Positions 49,801-59,133 of a DNA stretch of 64,000 nt are shown here, one piece after another (position 1 is the first letter of the stretch; every line of letters begins with the position of its first letter). The stretch is from positions 96,001-160,000 of the IMG/VR virus record IMGVR_UViG_3300018089_000001. One strand, 5' to 3'. The notes under the pieces are model-generated. The model searched no databases, was not told the origin of the DNA, and saw only the letters and a program-made list of their open reading frames with translations. Made by a program: the position numbers and the translations under genes. The DNA is from a virus (Duplodnaviria > Caudoviricetes).

Positions 49801-50222
49801 CAGAAGGAGCCGCTGAGGACGGTGACCCGTCCGACGTCCTCGAGCGACCCGCTCCAGTTGAGCGGCACCTTCACGAGGTGAACCTCATCGGTGAGACCCC
49901 GCCCAACATACACCGGGAAGTTACACACGTATAGACGGCCGATGTATGCGCCACGCGCATGCACCTGCTCCGAGGTCACCGTCACGGGCTTGAAGAGCGC
50001 CGAAGACTGGAGGACGCTTCCCACGTTTTCAGAGGTGACGATGCGGTACTGGTCATCAAACTCGACGCCGCTGTCAGACACGGCCTGGGCCATGTCGCTC
50101 ACGGTGAGCGCCAATGTCTGGAACCAATCGCGCGCCGTGCCTGCGAATGTCCCTGAGACGGGTGTGCCCGTCGTCTCATCGACAAAACTGCCCGGGACGC
50201 GACACCAGAAATACTCAACCAT
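49800..50222 (-). CDS. Stand-alone fragment resembling the gp23-type major capsid protein central region
   Basis: YFWCRVPGSFVDETTG...FAGTARDWFQTL...RIVTSENVGSVL...IGRL...PVYV parallels the W.R.PG.FV...F.GT..EW..TL...IV.S..VA.IL segment of gp23-like capsids (recalled pattern, not searched). Confidence 0.6.
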   Translation of the reverse strand: MVEYFWCRVPGSFVDETTGTPVSGTFAGTARDWFQTLALTVSDMAQAVSDSGVEFDDQYRIVTSENVGSVLQSSALFKPVTVTSEQVHARGAYIGRLYVCNFPVYVGRGLTDEVHLVKVPLNWSGSLEDVGRVTVLSGSF

Positions 50223-51054
50223 TGCGGATCCTCTCCTTGTCGGCCTCGCTCTCCGGCAGCTCACGCTTGAGCCACGTACTCCGATCGTAGCCTGCGTGTT
50301 GGACAAGACCGGGGACGACCAGGCAGGTGCGACCGGTCCGACAGACGGAGTTCTCGTGGTTCCTAATGAGCCACCAGTCGACCCCGCTGCCAATCCCGTC
50401 GTTCGGCTTCGCGCGGACCCGACCGGTCTCCGGATCGAGACGGGGGATCGGCATCATGCTCTCCCAGTACTGACGGGTCCCCAGCATCTGGGCGGCCCTG
50501 ATCCAGTCCTTGAGGAGCATGCCACCCGTCAGGTTGTACTTGATCGGATGCTCCACGCACTCCAGACCGGTGGCGAAGCCGACGTTGTAGAGCCTCTCGT
50601 AGGCCCTGAAGCGGGAGGCGAGCAGCGGCAGCCAGTTCGGGGTGTATAGGAGGTCGTCCTGACACATCACGACATACGGCGCCACCCTCTCGGGGTCTCC
50701 GTGGGTGGGATGGGCGTACCAGTCGTTCACTGACTTGATGTGCGCGATCGCCCGGTTGATGGTCGGACCGAGGCCCTCGTTCTCGTTGGACCGCAGGATG
50801 TAGTCGGCGTTCATCTGCAGTTGCCGCAGGTACTTCGTCTGGACGGACATCTGATAGGCGGACATGTCCTCCGGAGAGACCCCCTCCGTGTGTCCGTCGA
50901 AGCATAGCGTCAGGCGAAACTGGCTCCTCTCCGTGTTCTTTAGAAGGGAAGCCAGAGACGACACGGTGAGCGGGATACGCTCAGCGGTCGGTTTGATCGT
51001 GACGAAGATGTCAGCTATCAGCGCCATCGGTGGGTCCTTGCTTACTCGGATCAC
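50215..51054 (-). CDS. Glycosyltransferase, GT-A fold (GT2-like)
   Basis: NEGLG..IN, CQDDLLY, GVDW, VQHAG. Confidence 0.75.
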   Translation of the reverse strand: MIRVSKDPPMALIADIFVTIKPTAERIPLTVSSLASLLKNTERSQFRLTLCFDGHTEGVSPEDMSAYQMSVQTKYLRQLQMNADYILRSNENEGLGPTINRAIAHIKSVNDWYAHPTHGDPERVAPYVVMCQDDLLYTPNWLPLLASRFRAYERLYNVGFATGLECVEHPIKYNLTGGMLLKDWIRAAQMLGTRQYWESMMPIPRLDPETGRVRAKPNDGIGSGVDWWLIRNHENSVCRTGRTCLVVPGLVQHAGYDRSTWLKRELPESEADKERIRNG

Positions 51055-51346
51055 CCGGGATGTAATCGCAGATGTACCCGACCTTCTGGGCCCTCATCAT
51101 CGTCTCATAGAGGTTGGGCTTCCCGATTCCAGCGATCTCCTGCATCCGGCGATATCCCCTCTTGACTCGCCAGCGGTAGTACAGATACCACGCCGCGAAC
51201 CGGAAGGCCCTCTTCGCGTAGTGCTTGGCCCTTCGGACAGCGCGGCTGAACCGCGAGTTCCCCGGCCTCCGGGGCTTGAGGGGTCCGTAGCTCATCTGGA
51301 CCGCGAGCATCTCGAGCGGCCGATCGTCCCTCACTTCCCAGCCCAT
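51011..51346 (-). CDS. Basic hypothetical protein
   Basis: TGATG coupling to the upstream GT gene. Confidence 0.45.
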   Translation of the reverse strand: MGWEVRDDRPLEMLAVQMSYGPLKPRRPGNSRFSRAVRRAKHYAKRAFRFAAWYLYYRWRVKRGYRRMQEIAGIGKPNLYETMMRAQKVGYICDYIPGDPSKQGPTDGADS

Positions 51347-54300
51347 CAGACCCATCCCTTCATCGAGGCCGGCGCCTCGATCTCCAGTTCGAACGTCGCG
51401 GCGGGCCCGTGCTCCCCGCCTCTCTTCCTGAGTTCCTCGGCCTTCCGCGCGACGTCGTCGTCGGTCGTCACGTCCGGAAACCTCGGCTCCGGTGGGGTCT
51501 GATACAACACAGACCACTGCTTGTCCCAGAAATCCCGGAAGTTCCGGACCTTCCGCGGGAGGTCGGCCCAGCTGTAGTGCCAGACTGACGGCAGCGAGGC
51601 GAACAGGGCGTTCATCTGCCGCCCGTATTCCGCCGGGTCCCGCTGGCGCAGCCCGTCGAGCTCCTTGGTATAGAACCCGCGGTGCTTGACATGGTCACCG
51701 GTGACCATGTCGATCAGTTCGCACCCGTCGGACATGCCGCGCTTGGCATAGATCCTGCCGGTCTTCGGATCGATGACCCGCGCCTGCGCGTTGATCCCGT
51801 GGGTGATGCGCAGGTTATTCCGACTGAGCCGCCACTTCCAGGAGTGGCGGTCGGTGCGGACATGCCTATCGTCCCCCCAGAGCTCGACCACTGGGAGATG
51901 CACGACGTCGACGTCGGCGGGGAACCTCTTGCAGAGCTCGCGAATCTTCCCGTAGTCCCGCTCGTGGACCACCTCGTCCGCGTCCTGCTGCCAGAGGAAC
52001 TCCGTCTCGGGGGAGACCATGGCCCGGCCGAAGGCCTTCTGCATGCCGTCCATGCCGGGCTCCTCGGGGTCCCACTCACGCGTGATGAGCTTCAGCTTCC
52101 CGACGGCCAGGGGATGCAGCATCGCCAATTCCTGGACTTTCTCCCGGCTGCCGTCCGTCGACCCACCGTCCACGACGATCACCTCGTCGCAGAAGCCGAG
52201 CATACTGACGATGCTCTGGACATACGGATAGCCGTGCGTCAGCGGATTGAGGATGTGGGTGTAACCCGCGATCCGCGGCCTGTACGGCTTGAACCTGACC
52301 TCCTGACCGGGCCTGAGGCAGTCCATCGCCTCGAGGAAGACCCGCTCGACCGGGATGCCGTTGATGCACGGGTCATCGGTGTCGACGGCGCAGGTGTCCT
52401 TGTAGCAGGCCCGCTCGCAGCCCTTCCGGTCAGTCGTCTCGATGAGACGCAGGCGCCGCGAGGCGTCATACACGAGGGTCCCGCACGCGATGCCCTCACG
52501 CTCCATCTCCGCGAGCTGGAAGTCCTTCGGACCGGTGCTCCGGGGGTATGAGCTGCCAAAGATCGCGATGACCTTGCAGCCGACCGCGTTCGCCACGTGC
52601 ATCGGGTAGGAGTCGATGCAGGCGATCGCGCCGACGTCGTCCAGGACGGAGACCAGCTCGATGTGGGACCGGCCCCTCGCGTCGAAATCCACGGGACCCA
52701 CGGGGACGTCGTCGGAGGCCCCGACCTGGACCACCTTGATCCCATTGTCCCGCAGGTTGCGCACTAGCTCAGACCAACCGGCCCACCGGCGGGCCGTCTT
52801 CTGGCCACCGGCGTGGACCGCGATCCAGGCGCCCACGTTCAGTCCCGGAAACTGTACCCGGGAGAGCTCGCTTCCCCTGGGAAAGACGGGCGGCTGGGCC
52901 TCGACGCCGCAGTGGTTCGCGAACTCGTCGATGAGGTTCCTGCCCCGTCCGCGGTGGACCCAGTTCGACCAGGCCATCTGGACCGCCAGGTTCGGGGTGT
53001 AGACCTCGTCGAAGATGTCCTCGAGGATCGAGACGTCCTGCATCCAGGGCTGCCACTCGAGCAGCTCATCCACCAACAGGGAGCCGTCCCCGAGTCGAAG
53101 GTCCCTCACGATGTCGAAGTACCTGGGGGAGGTGGCGAAGTAGACCCGATGTCCCGGGTGCTTGTCCCTCAGGGCCCGCACGACGCCAGTGCTGAGGAAG
53201 ATGTCCCCGGCTGACATCGGCATGGTGTAGACGAGCGCGGGACCCTTCTCCCGGACCCTGCGCCTGTTCTCGCGGACGAAGTCCCTCCGGGACTTCGGGG
53301 ACGCCTGGGCCAGCTGGTCGACGCCCCGCGCCAGCAGGTCGCAGAAGGCCGCTCCGGCGGAGGCAAGCGAGTACCGCTGGGCGATGTGCTGGGCCAGTTC
53401 GGCGGCCCACTGGCGCGGGGTGTCTGAGTTCAGGGCCATCTTCTGGAGCTTGACGCAGACGTCGGTCTCCCTGGGCACGGCCCAGTTCGTCCCGGCCTCC
53501 ATCACTCCCTCCCAGGCGCACTCCTGGGGGATGGGCTGCATGTCACACTCGAAGGGGACGAAGAGGCGCTTCCCGTCCTTGTGCAGGAAGTCGAGGTGCC
53601 CGGACCAGTTGGTGGCCATGACGGGCAGGCCGCACGCGGCCGCCTCGATCATTGGCAGGCCGAAGCCCTCGCCGTGGGTCAGGCTGACGGCGGCGACCAC
53701 GCGCGGGTCGTTATACAGCGCGGCCATCTCCGCCTCGGAGAGCCTGCCGTGGATGACCCGGATCGTCGGGAACTCCCCGCAGCCGGTCGAGGCCTTGATC
53801 TCCGCCACCCGCCGCTTGACGAGCTCGAAGTCCACCGTGGAGTAGTTCACGATGGAGGTCTTCAGGACCAGGCCGACGGACCTGCTCCCGGCGAAGGTCT
53901 TGCAGAAGTACTCGACCAGCCGCGTGACGTTCTTCCGGTCCTTGCCGTGTGGCTTGTCGAGGCCCAGGCCGACGAAGACGAAGCTCCGCTGCGGGAGGTC
54001 GTACTCGGTCAGCGTCGCCTCGGCCGGACGGTACACCGAGGTGTCGACGCCCTCCGGGATGACCATGATCGGCTTCTCGAGGTGGAGCTTCGACCCGTCG
54101 GACCCCTGGTACTCGACCATGAACGACGTGCGGGAGTGCTCCGAGGGGACGACGACGACGTCGACCTCCTGGTTGCACTTCATGATCCACTGCGGCGAGA
54201 CCCGGTCGACCTCGATCCCCGCGGTGACCCCGATCGTCAGCGGGGCCCGTCGCTTGAACTCGTTCGGAATCGTGACCTGCACGGCGACCTCGGGGTCGGC

Positions 54301-54498
54301 GTGGGTGCCCTGCAGAGCCATGATCCAGACGAACTCCGTCCCATTCAAGATCGGCGTGTCCCCCCATTTGATCGACTCGACGCGTACGTCGTACAGTCCG
54401 GTGTCGACGACGGACCTGAGCAGCTGACGGGCATGGACGCCGTAGCCGGAAGCAGTCAGAACGGGACCGGTGAACTGGAGCCTCGTCTTCGCCATCAT
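51346..54498 (-). CDS. Tri-domain glycosyltransferase (GT4 + GT9 + GT2-like)
   Basis: SGYG...GEGFGLPMIEAAACGLPV; AGDIFL...W...DSYPMHVA; DEVIVVDGGSTD...QDADEV. Confidence 0.85.
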   Translation of the reverse strand: MMAKTRLQFTGPVLTASGYGVHARQLLRSVVDTGLYDVRVESIKWGDTPILNGTEFVWIMALQGTHADPEVAVQVTIPNEFKRRAPLTIGVTAGIEVDRVSPQWIMKCNQEVDVVVVPSEHSRTSFMVEYQGSDGSKLHLEKPIMVIPEGVDTSVYRPAEATLTEYDLPQRSFVFVGLGLDKPHGKDRKNVTRLVEYFCKTFAGSRSVGLVLKTSIVNYSTVDFELVKRRVAEIKASTGCGEFPTIRVIHGRLSEAEMAALYNDPRVVAAVSLTHGEGFGLPMIEAAACGLPVMATNWSGHLDFLHKDGKRLFVPFECDMQPIPQECAWEGVMEAGTNWAVPRETDVCVKLQKMALNSDTPRQWAAELAQHIAQRYSLASAGAAFCDLLARGVDQLAQASPKSRRDFVRENRRRVREKGPALVYTMPMSAGDIFLSTGVVRALRDKHPGHRVYFATSPRYFDIVRDLRLGDGSLLVDELLEWQPWMQDVSILEDIFDEVYTPNLAVQMAWSNWVHRGRGRNLIDEFANHCGVEAQPPVFPRGSELSRVQFPGLNVGAWIAVHAGGQKTARRWAGWSELVRNLRDNGIKVVQVGASDDVPVGPVDFDARGRSHIELVSVLDDVGAIACIDSYPMHVANAVGCKVIAIFGSSYPRSTGPKDFQLAEMEREGIACGTLVYDASRRLRLIETTDRKGCERACYKDTCAVDTDDPCINGIPVERVFLEAMDCLRPGQEVRFKPYRPRIAGYTHILNPLTHGYPYVQSIVSMLGFCDEVIVVDGGSTDGSREKVQELAMLHPLAVGKLKLITREWDPEEPGMDGMQKAFGRAMVSPETEFLWQQDADEVVHERDYGKIRELCKRFPADVDVVHLPVVELWGDDRHVRTDRHSWKWRLSRNNLRITHGINAQARVIDPKTGRIYAKRGMSDGCELIDMVTGDHVKHRGFYTKELDGLRQRDPAEYGRQMNALFASLPSVWHYSWADLPRKVRNFRDFWDKQWSVLYQTPPEPRFPDVTTDDDVARKAEELRKRGGEHGPAATFELEIEAPASMKGWV

Positions 54499-55559
54499 CC
54501 CCTCGCGATGATCAGGCCGGAGCTGCCGGCCCCCATCTTCCGCTCGTATGCGTCCAGGACCTCGAGGCCCTGGAACAGATCGATCATCGGCTCCCAGCCG
54601 AGGACGTCCCGGGCCTTGGTGACGTCGGCGAGCGTCACGTTCGCTTCACCGGGCCTGGGTGGGACGTACTCGACGTTGACCGCGCTACTGATCATCGCGT
54701 TCGCAAAGTGCCGCGCCTCGATGATCGAGGCCAGCTCCGCGATGCTGTAGTTGCGGCCCGCCCCGATGTTGAAGACCCCCGTGGCCTCGTGGTTCATCAT
54801 GGCGAGCATGTTCGCCCGCACGACGTCCCCCACGAACGTGAAGTCCCGCCGCTGCGTGCCGTCACCGACGATCGTCATCCTCTGCCCGAGCCTGAGCTGG
54901 CGGCGGAAGATCGCGATGACAGTGGCGTACCGGCCCTCCTCCTGATGACGGGGTCCGTAGACGTTGAAGTACCGGAGGCTGACGGTGGAGATCCCGTACA
55001 GCCGGTGGTATACGTCCATGACGTCCTCGCCCGCCTTCTTGCTCACGCTGTACGGGTTGAGGCAGTCAGTGGGAAGGTCCTCGTGTAGACCCTTCACGTG
55101 GGGACCCGGCTTGGGCCCATCAGGAGAATCAACGCACCAATGATGCCCATCGTAGTTTGGGTCAAAAACCCAATCATTCCTTCGACCGTACGCCGACGAG
55201 CTCGCGGAGTAGACGATCCGGGCCACGCCCATCTGCCGGGCCGCCTCGGCCACGTTCACCGTGCCAACGACGTTGGTCTCGACGGAGTGCCGCGGGTCGG
55301 CGATGCCCGTCTGGATGCGGGAGTCGGCGGCGAGGTGGAACACGCACGATGCGTGGTCGCACGCCCGCCTGACCAGGTCGAAGTCCAGGATCGAGCCCCG
55401 GATGACCTGCAGCTTGGGATGCCGCCGCCACCGCTCGAGGTTGGCGTCCCGACCCTCGGAGAAGTCGTCCAGGACCCGGACCTCCATCCCCTGCGTGAGG
55501 AGCTCGTCAACGAGGTTCGAGCCGATGAAGCCGGCCCCGCCCGTCACGAGGACCGGCAT
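54495..55559 (-). CDS. NAD-dependent sugar epimerase/dehydratase
   Basis: VTGGAGFIGS, YSVSK, RYFNVYGP, GDGTQRRDF. Confidence 0.92.
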   Translation of the reverse strand: MPVLVTGGAGFIGSNLVDELLTQGMEVRVLDDFSEGRDANLERWRRHPKLQVIRGSILDFDLVRRACDHASCVFHLAADSRIQTGIADPRHSVETNVVGTVNVAEAARQMGVARIVYSASSSAYGRRNDWVFDPNYDGHHWCVDSPDGPKPGPHVKGLHEDLPTDCLNPYSVSKKAGEDVMDVYHRLYGISTVSLRYFNVYGPRHQEEGRYATVIAIFRRQLRLGQRMTIVGDGTQRRDFTFVGDVVRANMLAMMNHEATGVFNIGAGRNYSIAELASIIEARHFANAMISSAVNVEYVPPRPGEANVTLADVTKARDVLGWEPMIDLFQGLEVLDAYERKMGAGSSGLIIARG

Positions 55560-55873
55560 CAGAACTCTCCCTTGAACGAGGGGGGCTCGGTAGCCTCGGC
55601 CTTCTGGACCACGGTCCCGAGGAAGTTCTTGATCAGGCAGGTCTGGATCGTCTGGTTACCGATCCTGTGGGACGTCACTCCGATCATGTCACAAAGGACG
55701 ACGTCCCCCGCCTTGAACCCGTCGGCCTCAGGAGCGTTCTCGTCGAGTGCGACGATGCTCGCCAGGCGGTACTGGTTCGTAACGTTGCCGGGAACGTACA
55801 GGCTCCCGACCTTGTCCGCCTCGTCGATCGTCTTGATCCAGGCGTACCTGTTGCGTGGCTTCAGTTCGAACAT
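55559..55873 (-). CDS. GroES-like co-chaperonin
   Basis: LKPRNRY..., GSLYVP mobile loop, KAGDVVL, C-terminal FLGTV. Confidence 0.72.
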   Translation of the reverse strand: MFELKPRNRYAWIKTIDEADKVGSLYVPGNVTNQYRLASIVALDENAPEADGFKAGDVVLCDMIGVTSHRIGNQTIQTCLIKNFLGTVVQKAEATEPPSFKGEF

Positions 55874-55881
55874 GGTCTCCT

Positions 55882-57207
55882 TCAGATGCTGGCCGTCCTC
55901 AGTCCGATCTTACCACGGCGGGAGGCGTGTTGTTCCATGGCCTTGGTCAGGCCGGCGTCCCAGCCATCGAGCATGGTCTGCATGCCAAAGGTCCTGGTCG
56001 CCCACTCCCGGGCCTCCAGTCCGATCTTCCGGCGGGCCGTGCGGGGGATCCGATAGACCTTCTCCAGGGCGTCGGCGACCTGGTCGTCGTTGACCCGGTC
56101 GTCGTAGATGTACGGGACCTGCTGCGATCCCACGAGATTGCGGGCCGCTGGAAAGACCGGCACGCCCCACCACCTGTGGGTGTTCCTCCGGGACTTCGCG
56201 ACCTTCGTGAGTCTCTCCTGGTCAGAGAAGTCCCGCTGGTCCTGCCACCAGTCACCGACCTGAAACTGCAGGCCGCCGGTCATGTTCACCACGATCGGGG
56301 TACCCGCGTAGAGTGCCTCGAGGGTGCCCAACCCGAAGCCCTCGTTGTTACTGATGTTGATCACGCAGTCAGCACAGTTGTACATCACGTTCAGCTGCGA
56401 GGCGTCCACCCGTCCCTCCGAGAGGAGGAGGAGGTCCTGCACATCGAGCCTCCTCGCGACCGCGTTCACGTCCTGGCCCTCGGGGTCACCCGGGGCCGTG
56501 TGCATGAGCAACGCGACGCGGTCCCTCCCGACTCGCTTGGCAAGCCGAGCGAACGACTCGAGCACGTCGCCCGTCATCTTCCGCCTGGCGTTGCGGTTGT
56601 TCCACATCAGGATGAACTCGCGGGAGGCGAAGGGTCCGTAGTGGCGCCGACGGGCCTCGAGGACCTCGCTCTCCGGGAGGGGCCTGAACAGGTCGGCCGG
56701 CTCCGCGTGGGGGACATAGCTGTACCGCTCCTCGGGATACCCGAGTCCCTGGAGGATCCCGAAGGTCTTCAGGGACAGGGTCATGATGTAGTCCGTGGCC
56801 TCGTAGATGGGCCGGTTGAACTCGGGAGTCGGGTCGTTGTCCCACACGTGCCAATAGACGAGGGGGCAGACCGCCCGCACCTCGTCCTCCATCTCCCAGA
56901 CCCAGTAGAAGAACCTCGGGTCCGTGAAGAGGACCACCGCGTCCGGCTTCAACTCCGCGAGCATCCGCCGAAGCTTGTCCTTGTCCCCGTGCCCGTCGAC
57001 CGGATGGATCACCCAGTTGCCCTCCCCGAACTCGTCAGGGGACACCTGTTGGGGTGTGTAATCCGGGTGTTTGATCGCCCCGCCGAGGCAGGTGAAGCTG
57101 TACTTCCCTGTCTTGAGCAGGCCGCTGATTGTATATTTCGCTTGAATGCCGACGCCTGACGGAACAAGCGGGTGGTCACTGAGCCAGAGTATCTTCTTGC
57201 GGGTCAC
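55882..57207 (-). CDS. Glycosyltransferase GT4
   Basis: SDHP..PSGVG, NRNARRK, NEGFGLGTLEA. Confidence 0.88.
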   Translation of the reverse strand: MTRKKILWLSDHPLVPSGVGIQAKYTISGLLKTGKYSFTCLGGAIKHPDYTPQQVSPDEFGEGNWVIHPVDGHGDKDKLRRMLAELKPDAVVLFTDPRFFYWVWEMEDEVRAVCPLVYWHVWDNDPTPEFNRPIYEATDYIMTLSLKTFGILQGLGYPEERYSYVPHAEPADLFRPLPESEVLEARRRHYGPFASREFILMWNNRNARRKMTGDVLESFARLAKRVGRDRVALLMHTAPGDPEGQDVNAVARRLDVQDLLLLSEGRVDASQLNVMYNCADCVINISNNEGFGLGTLEALYAGTPIVVNMTGGLQFQVGDWWQDQRDFSDQERLTKVAKSRRNTHRWWGVPVFPAARNLVGSQQVPYIYDDRVNDDQVADALEKVYRIPRTARRKIGLEAREWATRTFGMQTMLDGWDAGLTKAMEQHASRRGKIGLRTASI

Positions 57208-57228
57208 CCCGTAAGTGGCCTCGGCGTG

Positions 57229-58113
57229 TTACTCAGACCGCGGGCAGTGCTCGGTTCCGAGGAAGGGGCACGCGGCGCGTCTCTCCTGCTTGGTCCGCCG
57301 GTCTATCCAGACCCTCTCGCACGCCTCGGGGTTCTTCTCGTATGCGTACGAGTGCATGCCCGAGATGGACCTCTGCATGTACTCCAGGGCCTGCTCCGTG
57401 GCCCTCGGTCCCGCGGAGACCTTCCGGACGTCCACCGTCAGCTCGTCCGCCGTCCGGGGGTCCTTCTTGAGGAGGATGAAGGCCACCGAGACGTTCCTCG
57501 GGTCGGCGCCCATCGTCTTACAGAAGAAGTGCTTGTACAGGAGGAGCTGGGAGATCACCTCCATGTCCTGGAACTTCTGGGCCGGCCAGCCCCAGGAGCA
57601 TGTCTTGAAGTCAGCGATGTAGATCACCGTCTTCCGCTTCAGACGCTTCACGAAGGTGATGTCGATGAAGCCCTTGAACATCATCTCCAGCCCGTCGGTG
57701 CGGGAGATCGGCTGCATCAGCCGCATCTCAGACACGAGGCTCCTGATGCCCTGCAGCTCGGGATGCCTGAGGCAGTCCCGATAGAACCGCTCGATGAAGG
57801 GCCGGACCCGATAGGCCTCCTCCACGTCGGAGGAATGGGTCAGGTTCAGCTCGAGGAGTGAGCGGTCGTACATCTCCAGGGCGTGCGCGGTGGCCTTGGC
57901 CACGTCACCCGGGGAATCAGGATCGTACAGGATCTCCAGGCCGGCGTGGACGGCCTTGCCGAACTCTATCTGGAACGATCGGTCGTCTGGGGCCAGCCCG
58001 TAGACCTTCGTCAGGAGCCAGCGCCACTGGCACTCGTTGAAGAGCCTGAGCTCGCTGAAGGAGACGTGCTCCCGGAGCTGTCCGCAGAGCGGCAGGTGGA
58101 CCCTTCTTGACAC
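57229..58113 (-). CDS. PD-(D/E)XK exonuclease (Cas4/AddB-like)
   Basis: SFSEL...C, FGKAVH, GFID, ADFKT, QLLLY, C-terminal Cys cluster; GTG start at 58113. Confidence 0.85.
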   Translation of the reverse strand: MSRRVHLPLCGQLREHVSFSELRLFNECQWRWLLTKVYGLAPDDRSFQIEFGKAVHAGLEILYDPDSPGDVAKATAHALEMYDRSLLELNLTHSSDVEEAYRVRPFIERFYRDCLRHPELQGIRSLVSEMRLMQPISRTDGLEMMFKGFIDITFVKRLKRKTVIYIADFKTCSWGWPAQKFQDMEVISQLLLYKHFFCKTMGADPRNVSVAFILLKKDPRTADELTVDVRKVSAGPRATEQALEYMQRSISGMHSYAYEKNPEACERVWIDRRTKQERRAACPFLGTEHCPRSE

Positions 58114-58262
58114 GGCCTCTCCTCTCCCAGGTACTGGGCGTTCATACCGCAACACTCGTCTCCGCAGAATGTGAGCCCGCAGTGCGGACACTCAGAGGGT
58201 GACGCGCCCTTGAAAATCGCACCGCATCCGTAGACCGGATCGCACCCATACCACCAGGTCAT
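58011..58262 (-). CDS. Small Cys-rich protein
   Basis: MTWWYGCDPVYGCG...CPHCG...CGDECCG; overlaps the nuclease start, so uncertain. Confidence 0.4.
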   Translation of the reverse strand: MTWWYGCDPVYGCGAIFKGASPSECPHCGLTFCGDECCGMNAQYLGEERPCQEGSTCRSADSSGSTSPSASSGSSTSASGAGS

Positions 58263-58405
58263 CAGGGGAACCTCGCGGCCCGCTGCAGGGTCCGCCAGTC
58301 CCGCATGACGATCCGCGGGCCGGGCCAGTCGCTCCGGAGATCGATCGGAACGAACCCGGAGCGGGTCAGGCGGAACCACCCGATGCCGCGGAACGTCAGC
58401 ATCGG

Positions 58406-58768
58406 TCAGTGCGTCTTATCGATCGCGACCAGGGTCACGCCCTCCGGGCAGTGCCCCCTCTTCACCTCGACGAACGTGCTGTCCGCCCGGAACGCTCCGA
58501 TGATCCTGTGCTCCTGTCCGTCCAGGACCACGCGGTCGGAGGCAGTCGCCTCCGCCTCCGCGGCGCGGGCGGTCTCGTACTTCCTCACCGCGGCCGCGGC
58601 GACCTTCAGCCTCTTCTCGAGGTCGTCGGCCCGCTTGGTCTGGTACGAGTGCTTGTCCGTCTGCTCCTTGAGCAGGGCCTCCAGCTCCGCGATGCGCGTG
58701 TCTCTCTGCTGGACCTGCACGGCAAACTGGTCGATCACCGGTACGTCCACGGGAACATTCTCTGGCAT
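58406..58768 (-). CDS. Coiled-coil hypothetical protein
   Basis: 120 aa with heptad pattern. Confidence 0.7.
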   Translation of the reverse strand: MPENVPVDVPVIDQFAVQVQQRDTRIAELEALLKEQTDKHSYQTKRADDLEKRLKVAAAAVRKYETARAAEAEATASDRVVLDGQEHRIIGAFRADSTFVEVKRGHCPEGVTLVAIDKTH

Positions 58769-58774
58769 ACCAGT

Positions 58775-58783
58775 ACCTTACCA
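58775..58783 (-). promoter_or_regulatory. Putative extended -10 element (leaderless mRNA)
   Basis: TGGTAAGGT 6 nt upstream of the ATG at 58768; no SD sequence. Confidence 0.4.
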
Positions 58784-58806
58784 CGCGGACGAATTGTTTG
58801 ACGCGG

Positions 58807-58839
58807 AAACAAATCGGGCCCGACGTCTCCGTCGGGCCC
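58807..58839 (-). terminator. Intrinsic terminator after the tRNA cluster
   Basis: Perfect 10-bp stem GGGCCCGACG-GAGA-CGTCGGGCCC followed by GATTTGTTT. Confidence 0.75.
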
Positions 58840-58864
58840 ATCGAACACCGCATCACGTGCAACC

Positions 58865-58952
58865 TGGCGGATGGCAGAGGATTCGAACCCCCGGCTTTCG
58901 CTGACCCGCGGCTAGCAACCGCGGTCCCGGACCGACTCCGGGTTTGCCATCC
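58865..58952 (-). tRNA. tRNA-Ser(GCT)
   Basis: Acceptor GGATGGC/GCCATCC, loop TTGCTAG, long variable arm, TTCGAAT, encoded CCA. Confidence 0.88.
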
Positions 58953-58954
58953 AA

Positions 58955-59131
58955 TTACAATCCGAGTTCCTTTCGAGCCTGGCCCATCGTCACATGGTAA
59001 GTGACCGTGGCCTGATGCCACCCCTTATCAGGGATGACGACAGAATCCTGGAACCAGCGAAACACCGCGTCGTCTGGAAGATGCGACATCGCGGCCACCA
59101 GCTCCTTAAGGGTCGTGGTCTTCGTTTCCAT
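58955..59131 (-). CDS. Small hypothetical protein between tRNAs (58 aa)
   Basis: Read by hand: METKTTTLKELVAAMSHLPDD...RKELGL; exactly fills the inter-tRNA space. Confidence 0.55.
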   Translation of the reverse strand: METKTTTLKELVAAMSHLPDDAVFRWFQDSVVIPDKGWHQATVTYHVTMGQARKELGL

Positions 59132-59133
59132 CG

